A stretch of DNA of 64,000 nt from contig OZ024742.1 of the NCBI GenBank assembly GCA_964016885.1, positions 9,486,001 through 9,550,000 of the forward strand, in the 5' to 3' direction. Below are positions 50,701 through 64,000 of the stretch, in pieces. This DNA is from Eledone cirrhosa (lineage: Eukaryota). A model generated the notes under the pieces. That model had not been told where the DNA came from. It searched no databases and saw only the letters and a program-made list of their open reading frames with translations. A program made the translations under genes and the position numbers. The stretch's first letter is position 1. Each line of letters starts with the position of its first letter.

Positions 50701-53700
50701 TACCTACCATCTAATGTGAACAATATACCTACAATATAATGTGAACAATATACCTACAATGTTATGTGAACAATATACCTACAATCTAATGTGAACAATA
50801 TACCTACAATGTTATGTGAACAATATACCTACAATATGATGTGAACAATATACCTACAATGTTATGTGAACAATATACCTACAATATAATGTGAACAATA
50901 TACCTACAATATAATGTGAACAATATACCTACAATATAATGTGAACAATATACCTACAATGTAATGTGAACAATATACCTACAATATAATGTGAACAATA
51001 TACCTACAATATAATGTGAACAATATACCTACAATATAATGTGAACAATATACCTACAGTGTAATGTGAACAATATACCTACAATATGACGTGAACAATA
51101 TACCTACAATATAATGTGAATAATATACCTACAATATGATGTGAACAATATACCTACAATGTTATGTGAACAATATACCTACAATATAATGTGAACAATA
51201 TACCTACAATATAATGTGAACAATATACCTACAATATAATGTGAACAATATACCTACAATGTAATGTGAACAATATACCTACAATATAATGTGAACAATA
51301 TACCTACAATATAATGTGATCAATATACCTACAATATTATTGAACAATATACCTACAATATAATGTGAACAATATACCTACAATATAATGTGAACAATAT
51401 ACCTACAATATAATGTGAACAATATACCTACAATATAATGTGAACAATATACCTACAATGTAATGTGAACAATATACCTACAATATAATGTGAACAATAT
51501 ACCTACAATATAATGTGAACAATATACATACAATATGACGTGAACAATATACCTACAATGTAATGTGAACAATATACCTACAATATAATGTGAAGAATAT
51601 ACCTACAATATAATGTGAACAATATACCTACAATATAATGTGAACAATATACCTACAATGTAATGTGAACAATATACCTACAATATAATGTGAACAATAT
51701 ACATACAATATAATGTGAACAATATACCTACAATATAATGTGAAGAATATACCTACAATATAATGTGAACAATATACCTACAATATAATGTGAACAATAT
51801 ACCTACAATATGACGTGAACAATATACCTACAATGTAATGTGAACAATATACCTACAATATAATGTGAACAATATACCTACAATATAATGTGATCAATAT
51901 ACCTACAATGTAATGTGAACAATATACCTACAATATAATGTGAACAATATACCTACAATATGACGTGAACAATATACCTACAATATAATGTGAACAATAT
52001 ACCTACAATATAATGTGAACAATATACCTACAATATAATGTGAACAATATACCTACAATATAATGTGAACAATATACCTACAATGTAATGTGAACAATAT
52101 ACCTACAATATAATGTGAACAATATACCTACAATATAATGTGAACAATATATAATGTGAACAATATACCTACAATATAATGTGAATAATATACCTACAAT
52201 ATAATGTGAACAATATACCTACAATGTAATGGGAATAATATACCTACAATCTAATGTGAACAATATACCTACAATGTTATGTGAACAATATACCTACAAT
52301 ATAATGTGATCAATATACCTACAATATAATGTGAACAATATACCTACAATATTATGTGAACAATATACATACAATATAATGTGAACAATATACCTACAAT
52401 ATAATGTGAACAATATACCTACAATATAATGTGAACAATATACCTACAATCTAATGTGAACAATATACCTACAATATAATGTGAACAATATACCTACAAT
52501 GTTATGTGAACAATATACCTACAATCTAATGTGAACAATATACCTACAATGTTATGTGAACAATATACCTACAATATAATGTGAACAATATACCTACAAT
52601 ATGATGTGAACAATGTACCTACAATGTTATGTGAACAATATACCTACAATATAACGTGAACAATATACCTACAATATAATGTGAACAATATACCTACAAT
52701 ATAATGTGAACAATATACCTACACTATAATGTGAACAATATACCTACAATATAATGTGAACAATATACCTACAATATGACGGGAACAATATACCTACAAT
52801 ATGATGTGAACAATATACCTACAATATGACGGGAACAATATACCTACAATATGATGTGAACAATATACCTACAATATGACGGGAACAATATAGCTACAAT
52901 ATGACGGGAACAATATACCTACAATATAATGTGAACAATATACCTACAATATGACGGGAACAATATACCTACAATATAATGTGAACAATATACCTACAAT
53001 ATAATGTGAACAATATACCTACAATATAATGTGAACAATATACCTACAATATAATGTGAACAATATACCTACAATATAATGTGAACAATATAACTACAAT
53101 ATAATGTGAACAATATACCTACAATATGACGTGAACAATATACCTACAATATAATGTGAACAATATACCTACAATATAATGTGAACAATATAACTACAAT
53201 ATAATGTGAACAATATACCTACAATCTAATGTGAACAATATAACTACAATATAATGTGAACAATATACCTACAATCTAATGTGAACAATATAACTACAAT
53301 ATAATGTGAACAATATACCTACAATGTAATGTGAACAATATACCTACAATATAATGTGAACAATATACCTACAATATGACGTGAACAATATACCTACAAT
53401 ATAATGTGAACAATATAACTACAATATAATGTGAACAATATACCTACAATATAATGTGAACAATATACCTACAATATGACGTGAACAATAGACCTACAAT
53501 ATAATGTGAACAATATACCTACAATATGACGTGAACAATATAACTACAATATAATGTGAACAATATACCTACAATTTAATGTGAACAATATACCTACAAT
53601 ATAATGTGAACAATATACCTACAATATAATGTGAATAATATACCTACAATATGATGTGATCAATATACCTACAATGTAATGTGAACAATATACCTACAAT

Positions 53701-55020
53701 ATGATGTGAATAATATACCTACAATATGATGTGATCAATATACCTACAATATGATGTGATCAATATACCTACAATATAATGTGAACAATATACCTACAAT
53801 ATAATGTGAACAATATACCTACAATATAATGTGATCAATATACCTACAATATGATGTGATCAATATACCTACAATATAATGTGAACAATATACCTACAAT
53901 TTAATGGGAACAATATACCTACAATATAATGTGAACAATATACCTACAATATAATGTGATCAATATACCTACAATTTAATGGGAACAATATACCTACAAT
54001 ATGATGTGATCAATATACCTACAATATAATGTGAACAATATACCTACAATATAATGTGAACAATATACCTACAATATAATGTGAACAATATACCTACAAT
54101 GTTATGTGAACAATATACCTACAATATAATGTGATCAATATACCTACAATATTATGTGATCAATATACCTACAATATGATGTGAACAATATACCTACAAT
54201 TTAATGGGAACAATATACCTACAATATAATGTGAACAATATACCTACAATATAATGTGATCAATATACCTACAATTTAATGGGAACAATATACCTACAAT
54301 ATGATGTGATCAATATACCTACAATATAATGTGAACAATATACCTACAATATAATGTGAACAATATACCTACAATATAATGTGAACAATATACCTACAAT
54401 GTTATGTGAACAATATACCTACAATATAATGTGATCAATATACCTACAATATTATGTGATCAATATACCTACAATATAATGTGATCAATATACCTACAAT
54501 ATTATGTGATCAATATACCTACAATCTAATGTGAACAATATACCTACAATCTAATGTGATCAATATACCTACAATCTAATGTGAACAATATACCTACAAT
54601 CTAATGTGAACAATATACCTACAATCTAATGTGATCAATATACCTACAATCTAATGTGAACAATATACCTACAATATAATGTGATCAATATACCTACAAT
54701 CTAATGTGATCAATATACCTACAATCTAATGTGAACAATATACCTACAATCTAATGTGATCAATATACCTACAATGTAATGTGAACAATATACCTACAAT
54801 ATAATTTGAACAATATACCTACAATATTATGTGATCAATATACCTACAATATGATGTGATCAATATACCTACAATATGATGTGATCAATATACCTACAAT
54901 ATTATGTGATCAATATACCTACAATATGATGTGATCAATATACCTACAATATGATGTGATCAATATACCTACAATATGATGTGATCAATATACCTACAAT
55001 ATGATGTGATCAATATACCT
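23722..55020. repeat. Satellite array A, 25-bp monomer AATGTGAACAATATACCTACAATAT, ~31.3 kb (~1,250 copies)
   Basis: Uninterrupted head-to-tail array with period 25, recurring single-base variants and occasional shortened monomers. Confidence 0.98.
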
Positions 55021-55412
55021 GGTATATCAGATTAATTACCGAACATTTCTAACCGTAAAGTTGTAGCAAAATCGGAAGAAACTAATATGTGGTTTTGAAA
55101 CACAGCAAATTATATAATTGATGATAATTAGGGGATGTATTGTTGTTATTGATTAAAATCCAATCAAAGGTGTAGAAACAAGGAACATATTTTTTCTCCT
55201 ATATATTTATGACTGCATTTTTCAAAACCTTCTTCCATCGTTAAGCTGCTCAAGTTATGATGTAGTTGATGTCATATTAGTGTGTTATAAGTCATCTCTT
55301 TGGGAACGAACATTAAGAAGGGGGTTGTCCAAGTTGTCTGGATGCACGCTAGTGGCTGTTCTGACCAATACGTTAGAGGCCGGCATGTTATAAGTAGTGG
55401 TGTATAGATAAT

Positions 55413-55686
55413 TGTTTCTACTTTTGGCACCAGGCCAGCAATTGTCCCAGTGCATTAATGGTACTTTATTTTATCGACCCCGTAAGGATGAAAGGCAAAG
55501 TTAACCTCGGCGGGATTTGAACTCAGATCATAAAGGGAGGTAACTCTATGCTTCAAAGCATGGCGCCTGACCCTCTACCGATACTGCTAATCCACCGCGG
55601 GATTTGAACTCAGATCATAAAGGGAGGTAACTCTATGCTTCAAAGCATGGCGCCCGACCCTCTACCGATACTGCTAATCCACCGCA
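55413..55686 (-). mobile_element. SINE family 1 with a duplicated 87-bp head and an 18-bp TSD
   Basis: TSD TAGTGGTGTATAGATAAT at 55395-55412 and 55687-55704. 55510-55596 is repeated at 55597-55683. Confidence 0.9.
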
Positions 55687-55972
55687 TAGTGGTGTATAGA
55701 TAATGATGTCACAGCAGCTCATTGTATTACCGAAGATAAGTGTTTACACGTCAGAATAAAAGAGAAGTGAACCATATATCTGGTAAATGTGGTTCTTCCT
55801 AGGTTTTACTGGTAATTGTTACAAAGGGAACTAAGAGAAGATATTATTGTCATCACAGTTGAGATAATAGAAGTGACAGCATGTGATTTATAGATGGCAA
55901 GGTCTGTAACTGCTGAGGATCAACACAATATGATGGTAATGTTGAGAATAGTAACAATAGTAATTTCTCTTC

Positions 55973-56206
55973 AAATACCGGTCGCTCTCCGACAGGTTTG
56001 CGGTTGTACCCTTGGCAGTGGAGACTTCTGGTGTCCTCGGCCCTAGGGCTACCTCCCTACTCATCACCATACGCGCTGAGCTGGCCAGCCACAGGTTTGA
56101 GCCCCGCGAGTTGGAGTGGCTCTTCCAGAACATCTCTCTTGCCGTCCTCCAGGGAAACGCCTTCTCTCTTCTGTCCGCCGGGGCTGTGGGGAGGCCACCA
56201 ACATGA
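55973..56206 (+). pseudogene. C-terminal fragment of a restriction-like endonuclease from a CRE-like non-LTR retrotransposon
   Basis: KYRSLSDRFAVVPLAVETSGVLGPRA...PRELEWLFQNISLAVLQGNAFSLL matches the KY..L...F.P.A.ET.G..G and S.A..RGNA signature. It is a GC-rich island in AT-rich DNA. Confidence 0.8.
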
Positions 56207-57214
56207 TTGACTCACTTGTCATTTTATCAGTCAGATGTTCTAATGATTCTCTATATATATACATATATATACGTTAATATTTTTCATTTAAAGGTTTCCA
56301 ATTTAAATTAAAATCTTCGAACATCATTTAATATAACAACCTTACATTAAGTTAAGTAATGAAATAATTAGTAATTAAAAAAAAATTCAACATAACTATA
56401 ACTAATTTCTTATATTTGGATATTCAAACTATTTTTGTCTAAATTATATTGTATAGACGTTTGGTTAATTCATAAACCTAATATAGTAATGGTATTATTG
56501 GACAGCTTCCTATTACGTAATAGCTTCTATGATAATTCCATAGATTCTGCTGAGGTACAAGGAACTAGGTTATTTCTCAATATCAGCCTCCTTTTGGTGA
56601 ATTAGATATTTTGTACCTATATTTTCGTCCTGGATTACACAAGTTAGAATTAATACAATGTTGATTAGTCCAAGATTTCTAACAACATATCTGTATGCAT
56701 AAAATTCTCTTAGTTTCTTCAAAATATTTCGCTTTAAGAGATGCACGTGAAATTTTTTCTTTCATACATCAAAATGAATTAGGAGATTTTGGAACTAAAA
56801 AATCGAATTATGTGAGCTGTACAATTACTTCAAGAAAATTCTATAACAGCATTTTCAAACCATCGTATTCCTATTTTCTGGAACGTGCCTATGGCTTATA
56901 GGTAACTTGGAAATGTCTTTACAAAAGCAATTGTGTATAGTTCCTATTGTAGCAGTGAGAGAAAAGACGATGGATATATTATTAAATGCGATAATATAGT
57001 TAATACAATTGTGAATTCAGAATAGTTAATTAGATTTTTTGACTGGAAACGTCGCCATATTGTGGTCCTTCTTCATTGTTACATATGACATTAAAGCCAC
57101 TAGTTTAAATGTGAAGTCTCCTTCACCTGAAATACCTGCTCAATAAAGTACTGTATGAGAGAAGGGTATATATACAAATATATATATATACACATATATA
57201 TATGTGTGTGTATG

Positions 57215-57251
<37 letters not shown>

Positions 57252-57311
57252 TATGTGTGTATATTATATATATATTATATATATATAATATATATAATAT
57301 ATATTATATAT

Positions 57312-57488
<177 letters not shown>

Positions 57489-57868
57489 TAGATAGATAGA
57501 TAGATAGATAGGATGATAGAATAATATACATATAGGTTTATATCAAACGCCGTTCAATATAGAGTCGAACAATTTTGATCTATAATGTATTACGAAGTAG
57601 CAAAACGGTTTTGATTCCCACTCTGATCTTTGTGTGGGCAGCATGGCTTAAAGACAAATACGTGTGGTGACATATTATTGACAGGGAATGTAACCTCTTC
57701 TTTCTTTTACACCTTGTCTTGCATCATCTGTTGAATTATGTAAAAACAAGGGCACTTCTTTCATTCACATGCTTGTACACCTTGATGGATGCTATACTCG
57801 GCTTCCTCGTATGCATTCTCACATACACATTACATATTCATATAAAAGTATATATATGTGTATATATG

Positions 57869-58015
<147 letters not shown>

Positions 58016-58769
58016 CCGTCTGTAAGTGTGTTTTGTGTGTACACATATACAAATATATATATATATATATGTTTATATATATATATATATGCTCACATTT
58101 ACATATATATATATACAGATATACATATCTATCTATGTATCTAGGTCTCTCTCTCTTTGTGTGTATATATATATATATATAAAAATGTATTTATATATAT
58201 ATATATATAAAGAGAGTAAGGGGGAGAGAGAGGGATAGTGGAGAACGACAGAGAGAGAGAGGAAATCGAGAGATTATGCACGTCAAACTTCCATTATGTC
58301 TAATATGTCTTAAGTTTACACGTGCTTCAGTCACAATAAAGTTGAATGCCATTTACAATCCATTTAACTACTATTTACTCTTTAAAATGCCGCTGCCGTG
58401 TAGAGTGTCAGCAAATAGCATTCTTCTCTATAGAACACAATATTTTACTCAAAGTATCAAATATGAAATAATGGCCATGTTTCATTTCGTTTTGCCCAAA
58501 GGCATTCATTCTTAAATTGAAACCCTATTCCTCACCATTTTATTATTAAGAATACAGAAAGTATTCATAGAGAGACAATTATCCTTTTAGTATTCAATTT
58601 CTCCTACAACGCTCTCATAAATATACCATTTTTGCCACTCTTTATGTTATTTGATATTCTGAGATTAGTTTCAACTTAAAGGCCATTGCTTTGAACATAT
58701 TAATTATTGATTATGATCATTATTGATTACGCCCACAAGTATTAAAGAGAACACATCTCACCAAGACTA

Positions 58770-58940
58770 TATATTAATGGGAGATTAATTTATCGAGCCT
58801 GGGGAGATGAAAACAAAAATCGACATTACCAGAATTTGAACTCAGAACATTAGAGAATCTACCTAAACATTAGGTATTTGAACTCAGAATATAAAGCGAC
58901 ATATATAAAGAGATCTACCGATTTTACTAATCCAACGCGC
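58770..58940 (-). mobile_element. Degenerate SINE, family 1
   Basis: TTTATCGA..GATGAAA..AAATCGAC..GAATTTGAACTCAGAA, with TTTGAACTCAGAA present twice. Confidence 0.55.
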
Positions 58941-59224
58941 CACTAACAAAATGTGTTGTATTCATTGCTAGATAAACGGTCGCCTGTATTTCAAGGGAGT
59001 ATATCTCGCGAATAAAGTGGGATCCAACATGTTTAATAATATATTTTCAATACTCAGGAAAGAAGGAATTCGACCAGATCGGGATTTGAAAACTGTTTAA
59101 AGATTCCTAATTCTACCAGCAAGCAATTCATATTAATGATCCTTCTCCGACTAGTACCAATAATCTACACTTGAATAATTTAAATATTCTCAGTGTCGGT
59201 GTCTATCTTGTAATGGTGTTGTTG

Positions 59225-59520
59225 GGGAAGTATAGTGATATACAGCGTGACATTGTAGTCCTGACGGAGCTCATCCCTCTCCAAGTCTGAACACAGTCAA
59301 GGTCGTCCTGAGAAGGTTAGAAGAGGGCATGTAATAAAGTGGAAGTGAGAAAGAGACATGGAGGAATAATTCAAACCCAGTATTGCACTGGTACTTTTTT
59401 AATGAACTCGATCGAATGAAAGTTGATTTCGGCGGAATTTTCACTCAGAGAGTAGTGGACCTGAATGAATACCACAAAGTATTCTATCCGATGTTCTAAC
59501 GACCCTGTCCTTTCGTCACC
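59225..59520 (-). mobile_element. SINE family 1, long-tailed variant
   Basis: Homologous to 17405-17706 (GGAGCTCATCCCTCTCCAAGTCTGAA; GGCGGAATTT.CACTCAGA; TCTATCCGATGTTCTAACGAC). Confidence 0.72.
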
Positions 59521-60394
59521 TCAATTAGATATTACGGTAATATTAGTATGTTCCATTTAGAAATAGTAGTTTATTTTAGTTCATCTGCTAAATGTAGCTA
59601 ATATTTTTAGCGTGGTTATTTGTGTTTATACTTCACAACATGTATAATAAATCTGCTCTATTTTAAGACGCGTTATATCTGTATATAACCATTTATTTAT
59701 AATGATATGACTCATATACATTAGTCATTCTATAAGACGTTAGCGGGAGATTTGAAAAGAGAACATAATCTCATAGGGGCCATCTTTGACTAGGGTCATA
59801 TCGTTGACAATTATCATGTTGACAATTCATACGCAACTAAACACACAGACACAAGTACACACAAACACACACATACACACACACAAACATAGATACACTC
59901 ATACACACAAACGCATACACTCTCACACCCACACCCACGCACTCTCTCTCCCTCTCTCTCTCGCTCACGTGTAAAGTAAATTTAAATATATCTTAGATCA
60001 GTTTTTCCGATAAATCTTCCATCGATCACCAGAAAAGTCTACACCCTGAATGACAGAGCAAATCGATAAATATTGTACAAACTTTGTAAATATTTAAACT
60101 AATAATCACACGTGGCTTTCTATTTTCCAATCCTTTCACTAATTAATTCTGCCCTTTATAATTTCTCACACCTCATATAACAAACTGCTTCACCTTTGAT
60201 ACTCCTCCTATTATATTCATCTAAACACATCTAATAATCCTAATTTATTGTTTCACTAAATATTATTTTACTTCCTTCTTTCTTTTTTTTTTTTTATATC
60301 TTTACCTGTTTATTTATTTATTTTGTACTTCATTTATTTATTTATTCCGTTCTTTCTTTCTGGCCTTCTTTCTTCGTTTCTATTTTTCTTTCAT

Positions 60395-60565
60395 TGAGGG
60401 TCGGACGCCATGATTTGTAGCATAATTACGGCCCTTTACTGTCTGAGCTCAAATCCCGCCGAGGTTAACTTTGCCTTTCATCCTTACGGTGTTGATAAAA
60501 TAAAGTATCTGTAATGTACTGATATAATTGCTGGCATTGTGCCAAAAGTAGAAACAATTATTTAT
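60395..60565 (+). mobile_element. SINE family 1
   Basis: CTGAGCTCAAATCCCGCCGAGGTTAACTTTGCCTTTCATCCTTACGG...TTGCTGGCATTGTGCCAAAAGTAGAAACAAT is a near reverse complement of 55413-55530. An isolated tail is also present at 12568-12602. Confidence 0.8.
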
Positions 60566-60609
60566 TTATTCCTTCCTCTCTTTAACACATTAACTACTTT
60601 AATCAAGCT

Positions 60610-63600
60610 CCATTTTCTCTCTGCTATATACCAATCCACCATTCTCTACTATATACCAATCCACCATTCTCTATTATATACCAATCCACCATTATCTACT
60701 ATATACCAATACACCATTCTCTACTATATACCAATCCACCATTCTCTATTATATACCAATCCACCATTCTCTACTATATACCAATCTGCCATTCTCTACT
60801 ATATACCAATCCACCATTCTCTACTATATACCAATCCACCATTCTCTACTATATACCAATCCACCATTCTCTACTATATACCAATCCACCATTCTCTACT
60901 ATATACCAATCCACCATTCTCTACTATATGTCAATCAACCATTCTCTACTATATACCAATCCACCATTCTCTACTATATACCAATCCACCATTCTCTACT
61001 ATATATCAATCCACCATTCTCTACTATATACCAATCCACCATTCTCTACTATATACCAATCCACCATTCTCTAGTATATGTCAATCAACCATTCTCTACT
61101 ATATACCAATCCACCATTCTCTAATGTATACCGATACACCATTCTCTACTATATATGAATCCACCATTCTCTACTATATACCAATCCACCATTCTCTACT
61201 ATATGTCAATCAACCATTCTCTAATATATACCAATCCACCATTCTCTAATGTATACCGATACACCATTCTCTAATATATATGAATCCACCATTCTCTACT
61301 ATATACCAATCCACCATTCTCTACTATATACCAATCTACCATTCTCAACTATATACCAATCCACCATTCTCTACTATATACCAATCCACCATTCTCTACT
61401 ATATATCAATCCACCATTCTCTACTATATACCAATCTACCATTCTCTACTATATACCAATCCACCATTCTCTACTATATACCAATCCACCATTCTCAACT
61501 GTATACCAATCCACCATTCTCTACTATATACCAATCCACCATTCTCTACTATATGTCAATCAACCATTCTCTACTATAAACCAATCCACCATTCTCAACT
61601 ATATACCAATCCACCATTCTCTACTATATACCAATCTACCATTCTCTACTATATACCAATCCACCATTCTCTACTATATACCAATCTACCATTCTCTACT
61701 AAATACCAATCCACCATTCTCTACTATATACCAATCCACCATTCTCTACTATATACCAATCCACCATTCTCTACTATATGTCAATCAACCATTCTCTACT
61801 ATATACCAATCCACCATTCTCTAATGTATACCGATACACCATTCTCTACTATATATGAATCCACCATTCTCTACTATATACCAATCCACCATTCTCTACT
61901 ATATAGCAATCCACCATTCTCTACTATATACCATCAACCATTCTCTACTATATACCAATCCACCATTCTCTAATGTATACCGATACACCATTCTCTACTA
62001 TATATGAATCCACCATTCTCTACTATATACCAATCCACCATTCTCTACTATATGTCAATCAACCATTCTCTACTATAAACCAATCCACCATTCTCAACTA
62101 TATACCAATCCACCATTCTCTACTATATACCAATCTACCATTCTCTACTATATACCAATCCACCATTCTCTACTATATACCAATCTACCATTCTCTACTA
62201 AATACCAATCCACCATTCTCTACTATATACCAATCCACCATTCTCTACTATATACCAATCCACCATTCTCTACTATATGTCAATCAACCATTCTCTACTA
62301 TATACCAATCCACCATTCTCTAATGTATACCGATACACCATTCTCTACTATATATGAATCCACCATTCTCTACTATATACCAATCCACCATTCTCTACTA
62401 TATAGCAATCCACTATTCTCTACTATATACCAATCAACCATTCTCTACTATATACCAATCCACCATTCTCTAATGTATACCGATACACCATTCTCTACTA
62501 TATATGAATCCACCATTCTCTACTATATATCAATCCACCATTCTCTACTATAAACCAATCTACCATTCCCTACTATATACCAATCCACCATTCTCTACTA
62601 TATACCAATCCACCATTCTCAACTATATACCAATCCACCATTCTCTACTATATACCAATCCACCATTCTCTACTATATGTCAATCAACCATTCTCTACTA
62701 TATACCAATCCACCATTCTCAACTATATACCAATCCACCATTCTCTACTATATACCAATCTACCATTCTCTACTATATATGAATCCACCATTCTCTACTA
62801 TATACCAATCCACCATTCTCTACTATATACCAATCTACCATTCTCTACTATATACAAATCCACCATTCTCTACTATATACCAATCCACCATTCTCTACTA
62901 TATATCAATCCACCATTCTCTACTATAAACCAATCTACCATTCCTTACTATATACCAATCCACCATTCTCTACTATATACCAATCCACCATTCTCAACTA
63001 TATACCAATCCACCATTCTCTACTATATACCAATCCACCATTCTCTACTATATGTCAATCAACCATTCTCTACTATATACCAATCCACCATTCTCAACTA
63101 TATACCAATCCACCATTCTCTACTATATACCAATCTACCATTCTCTACTATATACCAATCCACCATTCTCTACTATATACCAATCTACCATTCTCTACTA
63201 TATACCAATCCACCATTCTCTACTATATACCAATCCACCATTCTCTACTATATACCAATCTACCATTCTCTACTATATACAAATCCACCATTCTCTACTA
63301 TATACCAATCCACCATTCTCTACTATATATCAATCCACCATTCTCTACTATAAACCAATCTACCATTCCCTACTATATACCAATCCACCATTCTCTACTA
63401 TATACCAATCCACCATTCTCAACTATATACCAATCCACCATTCTCTACTATATACCAATCCACCATTCTCTACTATATGTCAATCAACCATTCTCTACTA
63501 TATACCAATCCACCATTCTCAACTATATACCAATCCACCATTCTCTACTATATACCAATCTACCATTCTCTACTATATACCAATCCACCATTCTCTACTA

Positions 63601-64000
63601 TATACCAATCTACCATTCTCTACTATATACCAATCCACCATTCTCTAATATATACCAATCCACCATTCTCTACTATATGTCAATCAACCATTCTCTACTA
63701 TATACCAATCCACCATTCTCTAATGTATACCGATACACCATTCTCTACTATATATGAATCCACCATTCTCTACTATATACCAATCCACCATTCTCTACTA
63801 TATACCAATCCACCATTCTCTAATGTATACCGATACACCATTCTCTACTATATACCAATCCACCATTCTCTACTATATACCAATCCACCATTCTCTACTA
63901 TATACCAATCCACCATTCTCTACTATATACCAATCCACCATTCTCTACTATATACCAATCCACCATGCTCTACTATATATCAATCCACCATTCTCTACTA
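60610..64000. repeat. Satellite array B, 25-bp monomer CCAATCCACCATTCTCTACTATATA, runs off the window edge
   Basis: Period-25 tandem array of at least 135 copies, with recurring variant monomers (CTAATGTATACCGATACACC; ATATGTCAATCAACC). Confidence 0.97.

Noticed and set aside
23722-55020. CRISPR-like array or coding repeat (63-aa ORFs at 28570, 36620 and 47935)
   Set aside because: There are no unique spacers and no cas genes. The monomers abut directly, and the ORFs are chance stop-free runs duplicated with the higher-order repeats.
60539-63648. Long + strand ORFs of 76-236 aa
   Set aside because: They result from a stop-free satellite consensus. They are broken by variant monomers and an indel, and show no sign of frame-preserving selection.

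Overview
This is AT-rich, microsatellite-saturated animal DNA with no recognisable host exon. The SINE/MITE repertoire and (TA)n/(CA)n density look like a coleoid cephalopod such as Octopus, which is an inference. Main contents: (1) a decayed Penelope-like retroelement (RT + C-terminal GIY-YIG, minus strand, 6.0-8.55 kb) with an inverted copy of its 3' end; (2) a dense cluster of type I hammerhead ribozyme (HHR) motifs from about five unrelated repeat families between 4.3 and 14.6 kb, including a 456-bp tandem, ORF-less, retrozyme-like unit; (3) a 1.16-kb element with long inverted arms and a GC-rich core; (4) a 31.3-kb array of a 25-bp satellite with nested higher-order duplications (1,465, about 8,000 and 11,315 bp); (5) a CRE-like non-LTR endonuclease relic; (6) many tRNA-derived SINEs; (7) a second 25-bp satellite running off the right edge. 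Nearly all ORFs in the supplied track are microsatellite or satellite artefacts.
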